Origin: Eledone cirrhosa
Lineage: Eukaryota
DNA: 64,000 nt
Assembly (NCBI GenBank): GCA_964016885.1
Contig: OZ024754.1
Span: 43,276,001 to 43,340,000, forward strand
Direction of reading: 5' to 3'
This document shows, piece by piece, positions 44,828 to 58,334 of the stretch (position 1 is its first letter; the number at the start of each line of letters is the position of its first letter). A model generated the notes under the pieces. It did not search any database. It was not told the DNA's origin and saw only the letters and a list, made by a program, of their open reading frames with translations. The position numbers and the translations under genes are program-made.

Positions 44828-44880
44828 AAGAGCTTCTACAGGACTAGAACTGTTTCATTCGTGAGAAATCATGAGGAAGC
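44828..44880 (-). ncRNA. Inverted sister hammerhead copy with core mutation (CTCATGA)
   Basis: Reverse complement reads gcttc CTCATGA tttctcacgaat GAAA cagttctagtcctg TA gaagctct. Confidence 0.6.
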
Positions 44881-44884
44881 CCCC

Positions 44885-44938
44885 AGAGCTTCCTGATGAT
44901 TTCTCACAAATGAAACAGTTCTAGTCCTGTAGAAGCTC

Positions 44939-44939
<1 letters not shown>
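44885..44939 (+). ncRNA. Minimal type I hammerhead ribozyme (family C element)
   Basis: agagcttc CTGATGA tttctcacaaat GAAA cag ttctagtc ctg TA gaagctct: 8-bp helix I, canonical core, weak helix II, helix III cag/ctg, GUA triplet. Confidence 0.8.
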
Positions 44940-45010
<71 letters not shown>

Positions 45011-45313
45011 ATACACACACACACACACACACACACGCTTACACACACCCAAGCAAATGAGTTCGGGTATAGAAATGGTTACGTCAGATGTGTGAGTTTT
45101 TCCCCTGAGGAAATTCGTGCTGGTATGGGTGACTGGTAGTCTTTTAGTGGAGAATAGCGAATAATTACGAAAGTGAATACATTTAATTAATACAGCAGAG
45201 ACGTTCTTTAGATGTAATGGTTAGAAAGAATGGTACATCTGTCTGCTGGAAACATGTACAAACATAATCTAAAGTAACTCTAGTAAAGTGGAGAAAAACA
45301 GGATTAAATTATA

Positions 45314-45362
<49 letters not shown>

Positions 45363-45369
45363 AGTTTCG

Positions 45370-45454
<85 letters not shown>

Positions 45455-45582
45455 TTATATATATAAATGAAACTTTTTCTAATATATATACCGCCAGTGC
45501 ATAGAGTGCTTGCTTTGGTACCAATACCAGTAATTCACTGAATCACCTCCATTACATATGTATATATATATATATATATATA

Positions 45583-45697
45583 TTTCGTTTCTGAATTTGT
45601 TTAGCAAGATTCTTTATCTGAAATCGTGTGTTGAAACCGATATTGTTATACTTTGGGAGGGTGACATGACCCTCCCAACATGACCCTCCCAAAGTAT

Positions 45698-45703
<6 letters not shown>
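45583..45703 (+). mobile_element. Family D (TA)n-flanked dispersed repeat
   Basis: ttcgtttctgaatttgtttagcaagattctttatctgaaatcgtgtgttga and catgaccctcccaaagtataacaat are shared with 26152-26315. This copy has an internal inversion at 45641-45662. Confidence 0.7.
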
Positions 45704-45742
<39 letters not shown>

Positions 45743-45746
<4 letters not shown>

Positions 45747-45927
45747 AACCAGTAAGACCCCGACAGCTGAGCTCAAGCCGTTTCGAAGGTTAATTCAAAT
45801 TAGCCGTCGAAACGGCTTGAGCTCAGCTGTCGGGGTCTTACTGGTTCCTATTACCCACTCTACTACCTCAAGTATTGAGTACTTTGGTGCGTTATGGTCC
45901 ACCTGGTTCCTTACCACATTTCCTTCG

Positions 45928-45929
<2 letters not shown>
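45743..45929 (+). mobile_element. Family A1 element with inverted short arm
   Basis: Both arms share private variants (cagctgtcgg, cttactgg), indicating one arm was copied from the other. Confidence 0.85.
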
Positions 45930-45972
<43 letters not shown>

Positions 45973-46073
45973 TATATATATATGTTTATATATATATACA
46001 CACTCGCACACAGTCTCTCCCTCTCTCTCACTCTCTCTCTCCTCTCTCTCTCACACGCACACACACACACAAT

Positions 46074-46150
<77 letters not shown>

Positions 46151-46397
46151 TGTGGTAAACAAGTACGTTACATGAACAAAAATTGTTCCATAAAAAGATA
46201 AAATTTTTAAATCTATATAAGCAAATTCAAAAACATACAAAAACACACACACAAATATATATATATACATACATATATATGTATATACACATATATATAT
46301 ATATGTATATATATAAATATGTATGTATATAAATATGTATATATATATATGTATGCATGTATATGTATATGTATGTATAAATATGTATTTATATGTA

Positions 46398-46434
<37 letters not shown>

Positions 46435-46624
46435 ATATATATATATATGTGTGTGTGTGATTGTGTGTGTGTGTGCGTGTGAGAGAGAGTGAGAGAGAGG
46501 GAGAGACTGTGTGCGAGTGTGTGTATGTAATTGAATAATTAAAACTGACGAACTACTGAGCCAACAAAATGTAGAATATGTATATATATATATATATACA
46601 TACATACATACATACATACATACA

Positions 46625-46706
<82 letters not shown>

Positions 46707-46767
46707 ATATATATGATATATATATATATATATAAATATGTATATATATATACATATATATATATGA

Positions 46768-46905
<138 letters not shown>

Positions 46906-47047
46906 TGTGTGAGTGGGTCTCTGTGTAATTCTCTGACCTATATTTTAAGAGAATTATGTCAGTTTGTATTTTATAGCTCCCTACTACAGCTAAGACTGCT
47001 GACATGCCGTTGTTTTGGGGATCTGCACCGTGCAACACGCCAGCACG

Positions 47048-47083
<36 letters not shown>

Positions 47084-47087
<4 letters not shown>

Positions 47088-47483
47088 AACGAGTAGGACC
47101 CCGACGGCTGAGCTCTAGCCGTTTCGACGGCTAATTCTGGACTTTTTTTTAGTCCAGAATTAGCCGTCGAAACGGCTTGAGCTCAGCCGTCGGGGTCCTA
47201 CTCGTTCCTATTACCCACTCTACTACCCTAAGTATTGAGTACTTTGGTGTGTTATGGTCCATCTGGTTCCTTACCACATTTCCTTCTTTATATATATATA
47301 GGAAAATGTATGACCCCGACGGCAGAGCTCAAACGGTTTCGACGGCTATTTCTAGAGTCCAGAAATAGCCGTCGAAACAGTTTAAGCTCTGCCGTCGGGG
47401 TCATACATATTCCTATTACCCACTCTACTACCCTAAGTATTGAGTACTCTGGTGCGTTATGGTTCCTTACCACAACTCCTTTG

Positions 47484-47485
<2 letters not shown>
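47084..47485 (+). mobile_element. Two adjacent family A elements (A1 then A2), each with an inverted short arm
   Basis: 47084-47288 and 47299-47485, separated by a short (TA)n. Confidence 0.85.
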
Positions 47486-47550
<65 letters not shown>

Positions 47551-47800
47551 GATCATTTAAGAAATGTTATCTGGGGTTTTCGAATATTGATAATAATTGT
47601 TTCTACTTTTGGCACAAGGGCAGCAATTTCTCAGTGTATTACTGGTACTTTATTGTATCGACCCCATAAGGATGAAAGGCAAAGTTAATTTCGGAGGGAT
47701 TTGAATAATATTCGATTCGTTTGCAATTATACAAACAGCTACTTTTACGCCATGTCATTAGAATGACCCCCCATCACTCTTGTTCTTGTGTTGGCATAGG

Positions 47801-47883
<83 letters not shown>

Positions 47884-48530
47884 GTGCGTGTGTGTGTTTC
47901 TTGGTGGAGATGGTAGCAGATTTGATGGAGATTTTATTTGCATGGTGGTGGGGAAATGAAGGTACTATGATGATAGTGTGGTGGTGATGCTGACACTGTT
48001 GTGGTGATGATGATGGTGGAATGCTGGTGGTGGTGTGGTACGGGTGGTGGTGGAGGTGGAGGTGGTGCAAGAGATGGTGGTGATGTAGAGCGGTAATACT
48101 GGTCATGGGTTGATGTTGATGGTAGTTTGATGGTGAAAACAGTTCGGTGAAGATGGCGGCGTGTTGATGATGGAGGTGTGGTGTTGATGGTGGTGTGTTG
48201 ATAGGGTGGGGGGTGTTGATGGGTGGGGGTGGGGGTTTGATGGGGTGGGGGGTGTTGATGGGGGGATGCTGGTGTGGTGATGATGGCGGCGTGTTGATGT
48301 TAATGGTGTGGTGATGATGGTGATGTGGTGAGGATGGAGGTTTGATGATGATGGCAATGTGGGGGTTGATGGTGGTGTGGTGTTGGTGGTGCTGTGTTGA
48401 TGATGGAGGTGTGGTGATGATGGTGTGGGGATGATGATGATGGTGTTTTTGATGATAAAAGTAACGTTGACAGAATCTATCACTATGGAGGGGGGGGGGT
48501 CTGGAAATGATATTCCTAACGACAGATGAT

Positions 48531-48590
<60 letters not shown>

Positions 48591-48604
48591 TAGTAGTAAT
48601 AGTG

Positions 48605-48674
<70 letters not shown>

Positions 48675-48772
48675 TAGTAGTGGTAGTAGTAGTAGTAGTA
48701 GTAGTAGTAGTAACAATGTGATCATTGTGGTTGGCTATGAACGGCATTAAAGATATTTTGATCATCATTGAA

Positions 48773-48820
<48 letters not shown>

Positions 48821-49092
48821 TATGAAAACATGGCATGCTGTGTGGTTGCAAATGGGTTACATATGAATAAAATTAGTCCTTCATCAGTGATCTTCCAACC
48901 TTCATTGGTATTTCATCGCTTTAAAGACCATATACCTCTGGTTGGTGCGAGCAACGGCTAAAGAAAGTCGTTGGGACACGTAAATAGGGAGAGCGAGCGA
49001 GACAGTAAACAAAGATGGTAATGCAACGAAAAGTGAGGAAGAAGGAGTCAAGTCCCTGAAATCGATGAACATAAGTTCTGTGAAATCGTGAA

Positions 49093-49154
<62 letters not shown>

Positions 49155-50008
49155 CAGAATGCTGAGTTAGAAAAACGATTGCAGACAGCTTGGGAGCCAA
49201 TAGAAGAATATTTTCTAGGTTAAAAGAAATGAAATTGTTAAAATGTTTAAAAGACATTACCATTTCATAAGATAGATAATGAACACGACCTACTTCACAA
49301 AAACTCTCACTGAAACACAATTGTACATAAGAAAGCCTGTGAAGATCGTGCTAAGATTGAAGTTTCAGAGTATGTAACGAAGTAGCATGACATAAGTATT
49401 ATCACTATAAAATATTTGGGGATAAATCAGAGGTTGATTTATAAATAGGAAAATATTTGTGGGACTTGAACCTCACATCCACCTATATGTTGGAAAGGTA
49501 TGTGTTACCATTACCCTAAACTGACCGGTCACTAATATCTGCAATTCAACGTGTTTTGTTATACAGAGAAAATTCACAGGATATTAAAAAATCGTTGTAA
49601 TTAAAAATTCTTTATAACAAGATCGACTGAAAAACATCGAGCTTGTGGCCGGAGATAAATTTCGTTATACTGAAAAATTAGTTATTACGGAATTTTACCT
49701 GTATAACAAAGTACCGTGGTACATGAATTATTCATATAAATATTGTGTTTGTGTGGTTAAGGAGTTCACTTTGTAAACACGTGGTTTAGGGTCCACTATG
49801 TCTTCTACTTTAGCCTCGGGTTAACCAATTCCTTGAGGGTGGAAATTGGTAGAAAGCTGTGCTAATACCGATCTATTCATACACACACACATACACACAT
49901 ACACACATACACGCATACGTTCACTCAATTACACACACACACACACACATACATTCATACACATATATACTTACCTTCATGAATACACACACACACGCAT
50001 ACATATAG

Positions 50009-50039
<31 letters not shown>

Positions 50040-51290
50040 GACACACACATACACATGTCTGATGTTAAAAGATGATGTTTCGAAGACTTAGTTTCGAAAT
50101 AATTGGTTCTTCCTAACAAAATTCATAACAACTACATCAACAAAATCAAAACCAGCAGCAGCAACAACAACAATAAGAACACCTCCACCACCACCAAACC
50201 AAGAAACACAACCCCCACCCCCACCACAACCACTTCCATTATCAACAATACCACCACCACCATCAACAACAATACCACCACCACCATCAACAACAATACC
50301 ACCACCACCATCAACAACAATACCACCACCACCAACAACAACAATACCACCACCACCATCAACAACAATACCACCACCAACAACAACAACATACCACCAC
50401 CACCATCAACAACAATACCACCACCAACAACTATAATGTAGCTGGCATGCGAGGAATGCGGTCAAAATAACGCTAGTTCATCCTATGTAATGTTAAGTAC
50501 TGTTTAACTGGGCGCCATTTTGTTCTGCAATTGCTGCATTATCTTGAACAACTAATGAATGATTCCATGTGGATGCTGTTGTTGTTAATGGTGGTGTGGT
50601 GGTAGTGGTGGTAGTGGTAGTGGTGGTGATGGTGGTGGGGGGGGTTCTGTGTCGTGGTGGGGTAGATTTGGTTGTTATTGTTGCTGTTGTTGATGGTGGT
50701 GTTGTTGTTGTTGTTGACGGTGGTGTTGTTATTGTTGCTGTTGTTAATGGTGGTGTTGTTGTGGTTGGTGATGATGGTGGTAGTGGTGGGTAGTGGGGCG
50801 GGGGGGGGGGGTAGTGGTAGTGGGGGTGTTCAATGTGTTCAATGCTATAAATTAATTATGTAGATATCCACCAGTAGAGAGGGTGTCGCGCCGTTTTACA
50901 CAACTGAATGATCCTCTTCCCCCTTTTAGCCTAGTTTCTACAGCAGGATGCCCTTCCTATCACCAACCCTATTACAGGATATACTGGGTGCATTTTCTTG
51001 ACTCCAGCACTAGAGAGGTTGTTGGTTATTGTCACACTAAAGAGCCATAACTGCTCTGAAGGTAGTTGGGGGAGAAGAGACGGGCGATAAGTAAAATGTG
51101 TTTTGCATGTATGACAGATGTGAAGGGATTTGGCGGGTAATGAGTAGGGGCTGTAGTCACAGGTGTGTCAGGAATTTTTTAGGGGAATGTAGTGAAAGGG
51201 GGGAAGGGGGGTAGAGTGGCAAAGAGAGAAATAATGAAAATGGAAGATAAACAGAGATAAACATACACACACGCATAGAGACAGACAGAT

Positions 51291-51326
<36 letters not shown>

Positions 51327-51348
51327 GTATATATACATGTATATATAT

Positions 51349-51380
<32 letters not shown>

Positions 51381-51504
51381 TTAAAATAATATGGTTAATT
51401 ATTTTACTAAATTCCTTCAAATTTCGATAAGCAAACAGAACCAGAGAGGGGGGGTGATAGAAAAGAGAAAGAAAGAAAAAGGAAAAGAAATAGATAGATA
51501 TATA

Positions 51505-51599
<95 letters not shown>

Positions 51600-51660
51600 A
51601 GAAGCAAAAAGAAAGAATCCCAAAAAATAAAGAATTTTAGTCGAAATTTCTTTCGAGTCT

Positions 51661-51936
51661 GAGAAAGGAAGGAAAGTAGTGCACCAGTCTATGACAAGGT
51701 CTCTACTGAAGAGAGAGAAAGGAAGGAAAGTAGTGCACCAGTCTATGACAAGGTCTCTACTGAAGAGAGAGAAAGGAAGGAAAGTAGTGCACCAGTCTAT
51801 GACAAGGTCTCTACTGAAGAGAGAGAAAGGAAGGAAAGTAGTGCACCAGTCTATGACAAGGTCTCTACTGAAGAGAGAGAAAGGAAGGAAAGTAGTGCAC
51901 CAGTCTATGACAAGGTCTCTACTGAAGAGAGAGAAA
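51661..51936. repeat. 54-bp minisatellite, 5 identical copies
   Basis: gagaaaggaaggaaagtagtgcaccagtctatgacaaggtctctactgaagaga. Confidence 0.95.
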
Positions 51937-52325
51937 GAGAAGAAAACATCGGGGTATACTTGGTGTTAGGAGCAATGGGTAGCACAGTAGAAGTGAAAGG
52001 GAGTCGGGGTGCTGACGTGCTGGTTTGGGGGAGAGTAGGGGGTTAGCCCCGCAGTCGACGACTGATAAAACAAAGAGGAGGAGGGAGGGGGAATATCAGT
52101 AGGCAGGGAGGAGGATGGTAGGGGAGAGAAGGGGTTGATGCTGGTAAGGAGAAAAATGTTTGGTACTAGGAGGGTTTTAAGAAGAAATTGGTTAGCTGTC
52201 TGTCTAGTTGGCTGACTGGCGGGTTGGTAGCATTGAAAAGTTGGTAGTAGTAGTAGCAGTAGTTGTTGCTGTTTTTGTAGCAGTAGTAGTTGTTTTTTTT
52301 GTAGTAGTAGTAGTTGTTGCTGTTT

Positions 52326-52371
<46 letters not shown>

Positions 52372-52381
52372 TGTTGTTGTT

Positions 52382-52434
<53 letters not shown>

Positions 52435-52795
52435 TGTTGTTGCTGTAGTAGTAGTATAAAATAAGAAAATGGTGATCTGGAAGAAATTGAAAAAAGAAAT
52501 GGAGAGAGAGGGAGAGAGGGAGAGAGACAGGGAGAGAGGGAGAGAGACAGACAGAGAAAGAGAGAGAGAGGCAGATAGACAAGGCAAATGAGAGACAACG
52601 AAACAAATAGAGAGAGGGGGAAGAGAAGGAGAGACAGAGGTTTGTTTCTGGGTTAGAATCCTTCTCTTTTTTGGTGTTAAATTAAAAAAGAAAACTATCA
52701 AAACCAGTAAATCTCTTTAAAAGAAACCCTAATCTTGACATTATTGACAATAAATTTGTCTAATGTGTGTGGACAGAGCCTAGCCAAAGGTTTAA

Positions 52796-53014
52796 CCCTT
52801 TAATGTTCAAACCGGTCAAAACCGGCCTGAATTCTCTACCGCTTTCTGTTGAAACTGGCTGTAAGTGGCCACTCATACTGATGTTAAGGTATTGTTCTCA
52901 AAATAAATACTTTCAAAATCTCATAGATTCGATATTATGTGAGATATTATGCGAGGTAAAGACTTTACTGTGATAATACAATAGTATATATAGAATAATC
53001 TGAATGCTAAAGGG
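52796..53014. mobile_element. piggyBac-like MITE
   Basis: TTAA|ccctttaatgttca ... tgaatgctaaaggg|TTAA (TIRs match at 11/14). Confidence 0.75.
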
Positions 53015-53439
53015 TTAAGTAGTTCTTTTCGCAATCATTAGGTTTCTGGTTCGATTCCGCTAAACGGCATATCTTAAAATGTCTATCCCGAACCCGGGGT
53101 CTCATCAAGCTGGTCCTTATCCCGGTTTTCTGGTGTGAAACCACTGAGAGTACAAGACTCACTCCTGGAGAGGACACCAGTCCCTAGCAGGTTTAAACAT
53201 CCAGCTTTGCTGCAGGTACTCCTTTTCAGCTGAGTATACTGGAGCAACACACAACCCAGTCCAGGAATCGAACACATGACATCATGATCGTAAGCCCAAC
53301 ACCCTTACCACTAGGCCACACGTCTCCACATGGTATCTTAGACGTGTTATTTACGAAACCTCGAGTCAATCAAAGTCTTGTGAGTGAAATTGTGTGTTGG
53401 AAGACCTTTGGATGGCCAGTACTTGTAATTGATTGTAAT

Positions 53440-53815
53440 TAATATCGAAGATCGAACACTGATCAGTGAAACTGATGGAGATCCTAACAAAGGTACCCAA
53501 GACATTTTTGGAAGAAGAAAACAGTCGATTATATTACTGGTATGGGCATATGATGATTTATACAAATGATGATTGTTAGTTGAAGAACTGTAGTGAGATC
53601 TGAGTGGAAGGAAACTGCAGTAGAGGATGACAAAGGAAGACCTGGGCAGAGGTGGTGAGAGCTGTTGAGGGCTGATCTTGGGGTGGTGACACACAGAGAG
53701 GAGATGACAAAGAAACACAAGAGGTAGGAATGAAGTTGTGCTGAGAGTGGAGCGTCCAAGCTATGAAAAAAATGGAGGCGGGTGTAAAAGGATGATGATG
53801 ATGATGTTGATGATG
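53440..53815 (+). mobile_element. Decayed RTE-clade LINE 3' end
   Basis: Translates ..YWYGHMM..VEGNCSRG*QRKTWAEVVR.., matching the RTE WxGH..GxRxRGRPxxxW motif. Ends in a (GAT)n tail. Confidence 0.7.
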
Positions 53816-54122
53816 GCCATGATGCCCCATTATATGACTGGTATCTATGATTTTTATCACCGCAGAAGTGAGGAGAAACATTGACAAGCAATCTAAGACT
53901 GGTGAGATACTCTGCTTAAACTGTTGCAGGTGGAGAGATAGAGATAGATAGATAGAGAGAGGGGGGTGAAAGAGAGATAGATAGAGAGAGGGAAGAGAAT
54001 GAAAGCGGGAAAGAGAGTGAAAGAGAAGATATGAGAGAGAGATGGGATAAATTGATAGGAAGAGAACGAGAGAGAGAGAGAGAGAGAGAGAGCCAGAGAG
54101 AGAGAGAGAGAGAGGGGAGAGA

Positions 54123-54175
<53 letters not shown>

Positions 54176-54300
54176 GTAATGTACAAGTTGATGTAATCTC
54201 CATTCAATTTTTTAATTACATATTTCTGGGGATTTTTCCAAAATCACGAGGAAGATAATGATGACGTTAATGATGATGATGATGGTGTTGATGATGATGG

Positions 54301-54331
<31 letters not shown>

Positions 54332-54497
54332 GATGGTGTTGATGATGATGGTGATGACGATGATGATGATGGTTACGATAGCACTTATATGGCGCCATAT
54401 ACTCATCAAAGCAAAAGAATGTTCAGAGGCGCAGTTATTTAACATTCCATGAGAAGAACAAGAATACTGTGGAGCAGATGTGAGGTGGTCATATATG

Positions 54498-54647
54498 AAG
54501 CCCGGGGGGTGAGGCTCTATCGTATGAACCTCCATCGGTTTCCACTAACCAGACGCCCGGGGGGGGGGGGGGGCTCTATCGTATGGACCTCCATTGGTTT
54601 CCACTACCAGAAGCCCGGGGGGGGGGGGGCTATATCAAATGGACCTC
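54498..54647. repeat. ~57-bp tandem repeat with poly-G, ~2.5 copies
   Basis: gcccggggggg..gctctatcgtatg(a/g)acctccat(c/t)ggtttccacta. Confidence 0.8.
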
Positions 54648-54787
54648 TTCTACCAATATTCCAGTTGTTTGACCAGCAGGACAGCCTGCACATGAAAATA
54701 AAAAAAACAAGTGGCTGAGCATTCCACAGGCACATGCAGGATTTACTTAATTCTCAGGGAGATTCAGCGTGATAAAATGTGTGATAC

Positions 54788-54940
54788 GGGCTTCCACATA
54801 GTTTCCGTCTACACAATTTCACTCAAAAGGTATATTTCCACCTGTGGCTATGGTAAATGATATTTAAGCAAGACACCAAGCAATAAGATTGAACCAGGGA
54901 CCCGATCATTGACAAGCGACCTTTTTACCCGTTCGGCTAC
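54788..54940 (-). mobile_element. Diverged SINE type 3
   Basis: ggcttccacatagtttccgtctac..aatttcactca..gattgaacc. Related pieces at 49750-49855 and 53015-53400. Confidence 0.55.
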
Positions 54941-55779
54941 CTCGCATCCCGGATCTCTTAGATTGAAATATCTCAACATACCACTACTAACACCATACCA
55001 CTACCATACCCATACCACTACCATCACCACACCACCACAGCACTGACACCACCATACCACTACCAACACCATACCACTACCATTACCATACCACTAATAC
55101 CACTACCATACCCATACCACTACCATCACCACACCACTAATACCACTACCATACCCATACCACTACCATCACCACACCACCACACCACTGACACCACCAT
55201 ACCACTACCAACACCACACCACCACACCACTGACACCACCATACCACTACCAACACCATTACTATCACCATACCACGGCCATTACCATGTCACTAACACT
55301 ACTACCACCATCATCATCATGCCACTAACACCACCACCCTCACCACACCTCTACCATCACCAGTACCACCATCCTACCATCACCACACCACCATCACCAC
55401 CACACTACTACCACCATCCCACCACCACCACACCTCTACCATCACCACACTACTACCACCATCCTACCACCACCACACCTCTACCACCACCACCACCACC
55501 ATACCACCATCCTACCACTACCACACCTCTACCACCACCACCACCATACCACCACCACCACCACCACACCTCTACCACCACCACCACCATACCACCACCA
55601 TACCTCTACCACCACCACCACCACCACACCTCTACCACCACCACACCTCTACCACCACCACCACCACCATATATCTATTGTGTTGTTTACGTTTCATACA
55701 TCCCGTGACGTTGTAGTCGTATTTTGGTTTAACAAAACAACAACCCAAGTGTATTACAGCTATAAACTGTGTCCTTGTG

Positions 55780-56090
55780 TGTGTGTGGCTCTGTATGTGT
55801 GTTACGTGTGTCACTGTCTCTGTGTGTTTGAGTGTGTGTGTGGCTGTGTGTGTGTGGCTCTGTATGTATGTGTGTGGATGTGTGTGGATGTGTGTGTGTG
55901 GCTCTGTATGTATGTGTGTGGCTGTGTGTGTGTGGATCTGTATGTATGTGTGTGGCTGTGTGTGTGTGGCTCTGTATGTATGTGTGTGGCTCTATGTCTC
56001 TGTATGTATGTGTGTGGCTCTATGTCTCTGTATGTATGTGTGTGGCTCTGTGGCTCTGTATGTATGTGTATGGCTGTGTGTGTGTGTGTG
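55780..56090. repeat. (TG)-derived minisatellite (tgtgtggctctgtatgta)n
   Basis: Direct inspection. Confidence 0.85.
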
Positions 56091-56444
56091 TATGTTCCTT
56101 GAACATTTAATTACAATATTTCTACTGAAACCTTGACAGTCAGTCGACAAGATGCCAGACCTTATCGAGTGAGGTGGAGCTCGACAAATCGGACCGAGGA
56201 AACAATGTTTCCATTGGTCTTTCCAATTGCTAATACTATCTAACGGTCACAAAAACAAGGCAGAAGAAGCCACATGAAATAAAGTGTCTTGCTCAAGGAC
56301 ATAACACAAGACCCGGTCCGGGAATCGAACTCACAACCTCACAATCGCGATTCTAATGAAATACGTCACCCAACAATTTTAAAATTATTTAGAAAATTCA
56401 AAAAAATCTGAAAGTATTTCGTGATAAACTTTCTCATTGGTGGA

Positions 56445-56627
56445 CTGTCAGTATCAGTAGAGAGTCGGACACCATGCTTTGAAGCATAGAGTTACGTCCC
56501 TTTATGATCTGAGTTCAAATCCCGCCGAGGTTAACTTTGCCTTTCATCCTTACGGGGTCGATAAAATAAAGTACCAGTAATGTACTGGGTAATTGTTGGC
56601 CTTGTGCCAACAAGTAGAAACAATTAT
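56445..56627 (+). mobile_element. SINE type 1, near full length
   Basis: Same head, body and tail as 32052-32232. Confidence 0.85.
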
Positions 56628-56924
56628 TAATCTGTTTGGAGCAAAGATTCTTGCATAAAATTATGATGGAAGGATATTTTAGATAAATATAAATATTTTA
56701 AAACATGTAACACAGTATGATATAATCAGGGGTCGTTTGCCAAAATATATCCCTTTATTGTAGACTACACGGACCTGTTTAATGGATTTTACATAATTAT
56801 AAGGGGTCAATGACCTAACCTACACAATTTACGTTCACAGAATATAGTTGAAACGTTTATATATATATATGTGTGTGTATGTGTGTGTATACATACATAT
56901 ATATACATATGAATATACATACAT

Positions 56925-56984
<60 letters not shown>

Positions 56985-57060
56985 ACATACATATGCATGT
57001 ATATATATATATATATACATACATACATATATATATATACTTATATAAATATATATATAC

Positions 57061-57091
<31 letters not shown>

Positions 57092-57120
57092 CATATATAT
57101 ATACATATATATATATATAC

Positions 57121-57169
<49 letters not shown>

Positions 57170-57191
57170 CATATATATTTACATATATAAG

Positions 57192-57231
<40 letters not shown>

Positions 57232-58334
57232 CTTATATACGTTATTCCGGGTTGAATCGGAGGGATTTCTAATGAATGAAACAGTTCTAGTCCTGTAGAA
57301 TCTCATCTATATTAAAACTATGTACTTATATATATATATACATATATATATATACTTATATATATTTACATATATATATATTTACATATATATATATTTA
57401 CATACGTATATAAATGAGTCCTGGGTTCAATTGGGGGTAACCACAGTAAGTAAGGTACTCAATACATAGTAGACTACATACAAGATTTAATATAGAAATG
57501 GTATGTATAGTATATATATATGTGTGTGAGAGTATGAAATGTGGGCTCCCACCGATGGTAACAGACCCAAGGCAAATAAAAAAATAGGCTCTTAAAGCTA
57601 ATAATTGTCTCTACTTTAGGCACAAGGCCAGCAATTATCCAGTGCATTACTGGTACTTTATTTTATCGACCCCGTAAGGATGAAAAAAAGCTAATAATAT
57701 TCGCAAACCAAGCATAAAATGTAGCCACCCCTTAGCTCCACCTCATCCCAGGGCCGATAATAAGCCCAAATCAGATGTGAAATTAGTCTCTTAATGTTAG
57801 TAACAAGATATGAAATATAGGGCCCCTCCATAAGGCTGGTCATATGCCCTGACCAGATGTGAAATTAGGGCTCCCAAAGCTGGTAAGAAACTCAGGTCAG
57901 ATGTAAAATATGGGTCCAAGCTGATAATATGACAAGTCCAGCCAAAGTCCTCTACCAGCTGGTAATGGGTCCAGTCCAGATGTAAAATATTGGCCATATT
58001 TCAAACTGCTTATTATAGTAATTAGTTCTTGATAACCATGATGTATAAGTTACATCATGGTTATCAAACATATACATGCAGAATATATAATGCACTTGCT
58101 CAATGTAATGGAACAGAACAAAGGAAGTAGTATTTTACATATATAGGACCTCCCTCTTGAACTCTTAGTCTCTGCCAACTGGCCCGTCTGGAGCATACAA
58201 GCTGATTTGGAGCTAACTGGCCCAACTGCAGACCTTTGCAATGAAAAGACCCCTAATACCAACAACAATATCTAGATAAACGATACCAACAGCAACAACA
58301 AACTACATGTCAATTATCAGTGAATTCCTAATGT

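Larger units (their letters stand above)
44749..44945 (-). mobile_element. Family C (TA)n-associated element with inverted arm
   Basis: Long arm on the minus strand (ribozyme plus ~80-nt tail) and a short plus arm. Related pieces at 9263-9318, 13714-13730, 57241-57318 and 57418-57500. Confidence 0.8.

Noticed and set aside
49463-49526. tRNA gene on the minus strand
   Set aside because: Only decayed A/B-box-like motifs with no cloverleaf; SINE heads elsewhere are likewise not tRNA genes.
51661-51936. CTGAAGA-gaga-GAAA in each 54-bp unit as a tandem hammerhead; also a 96-aa repeat ORF
   Set aside because: No helix II, helix III or UH site can be formed. The ORF simply reflects a unit length divisible by 3.
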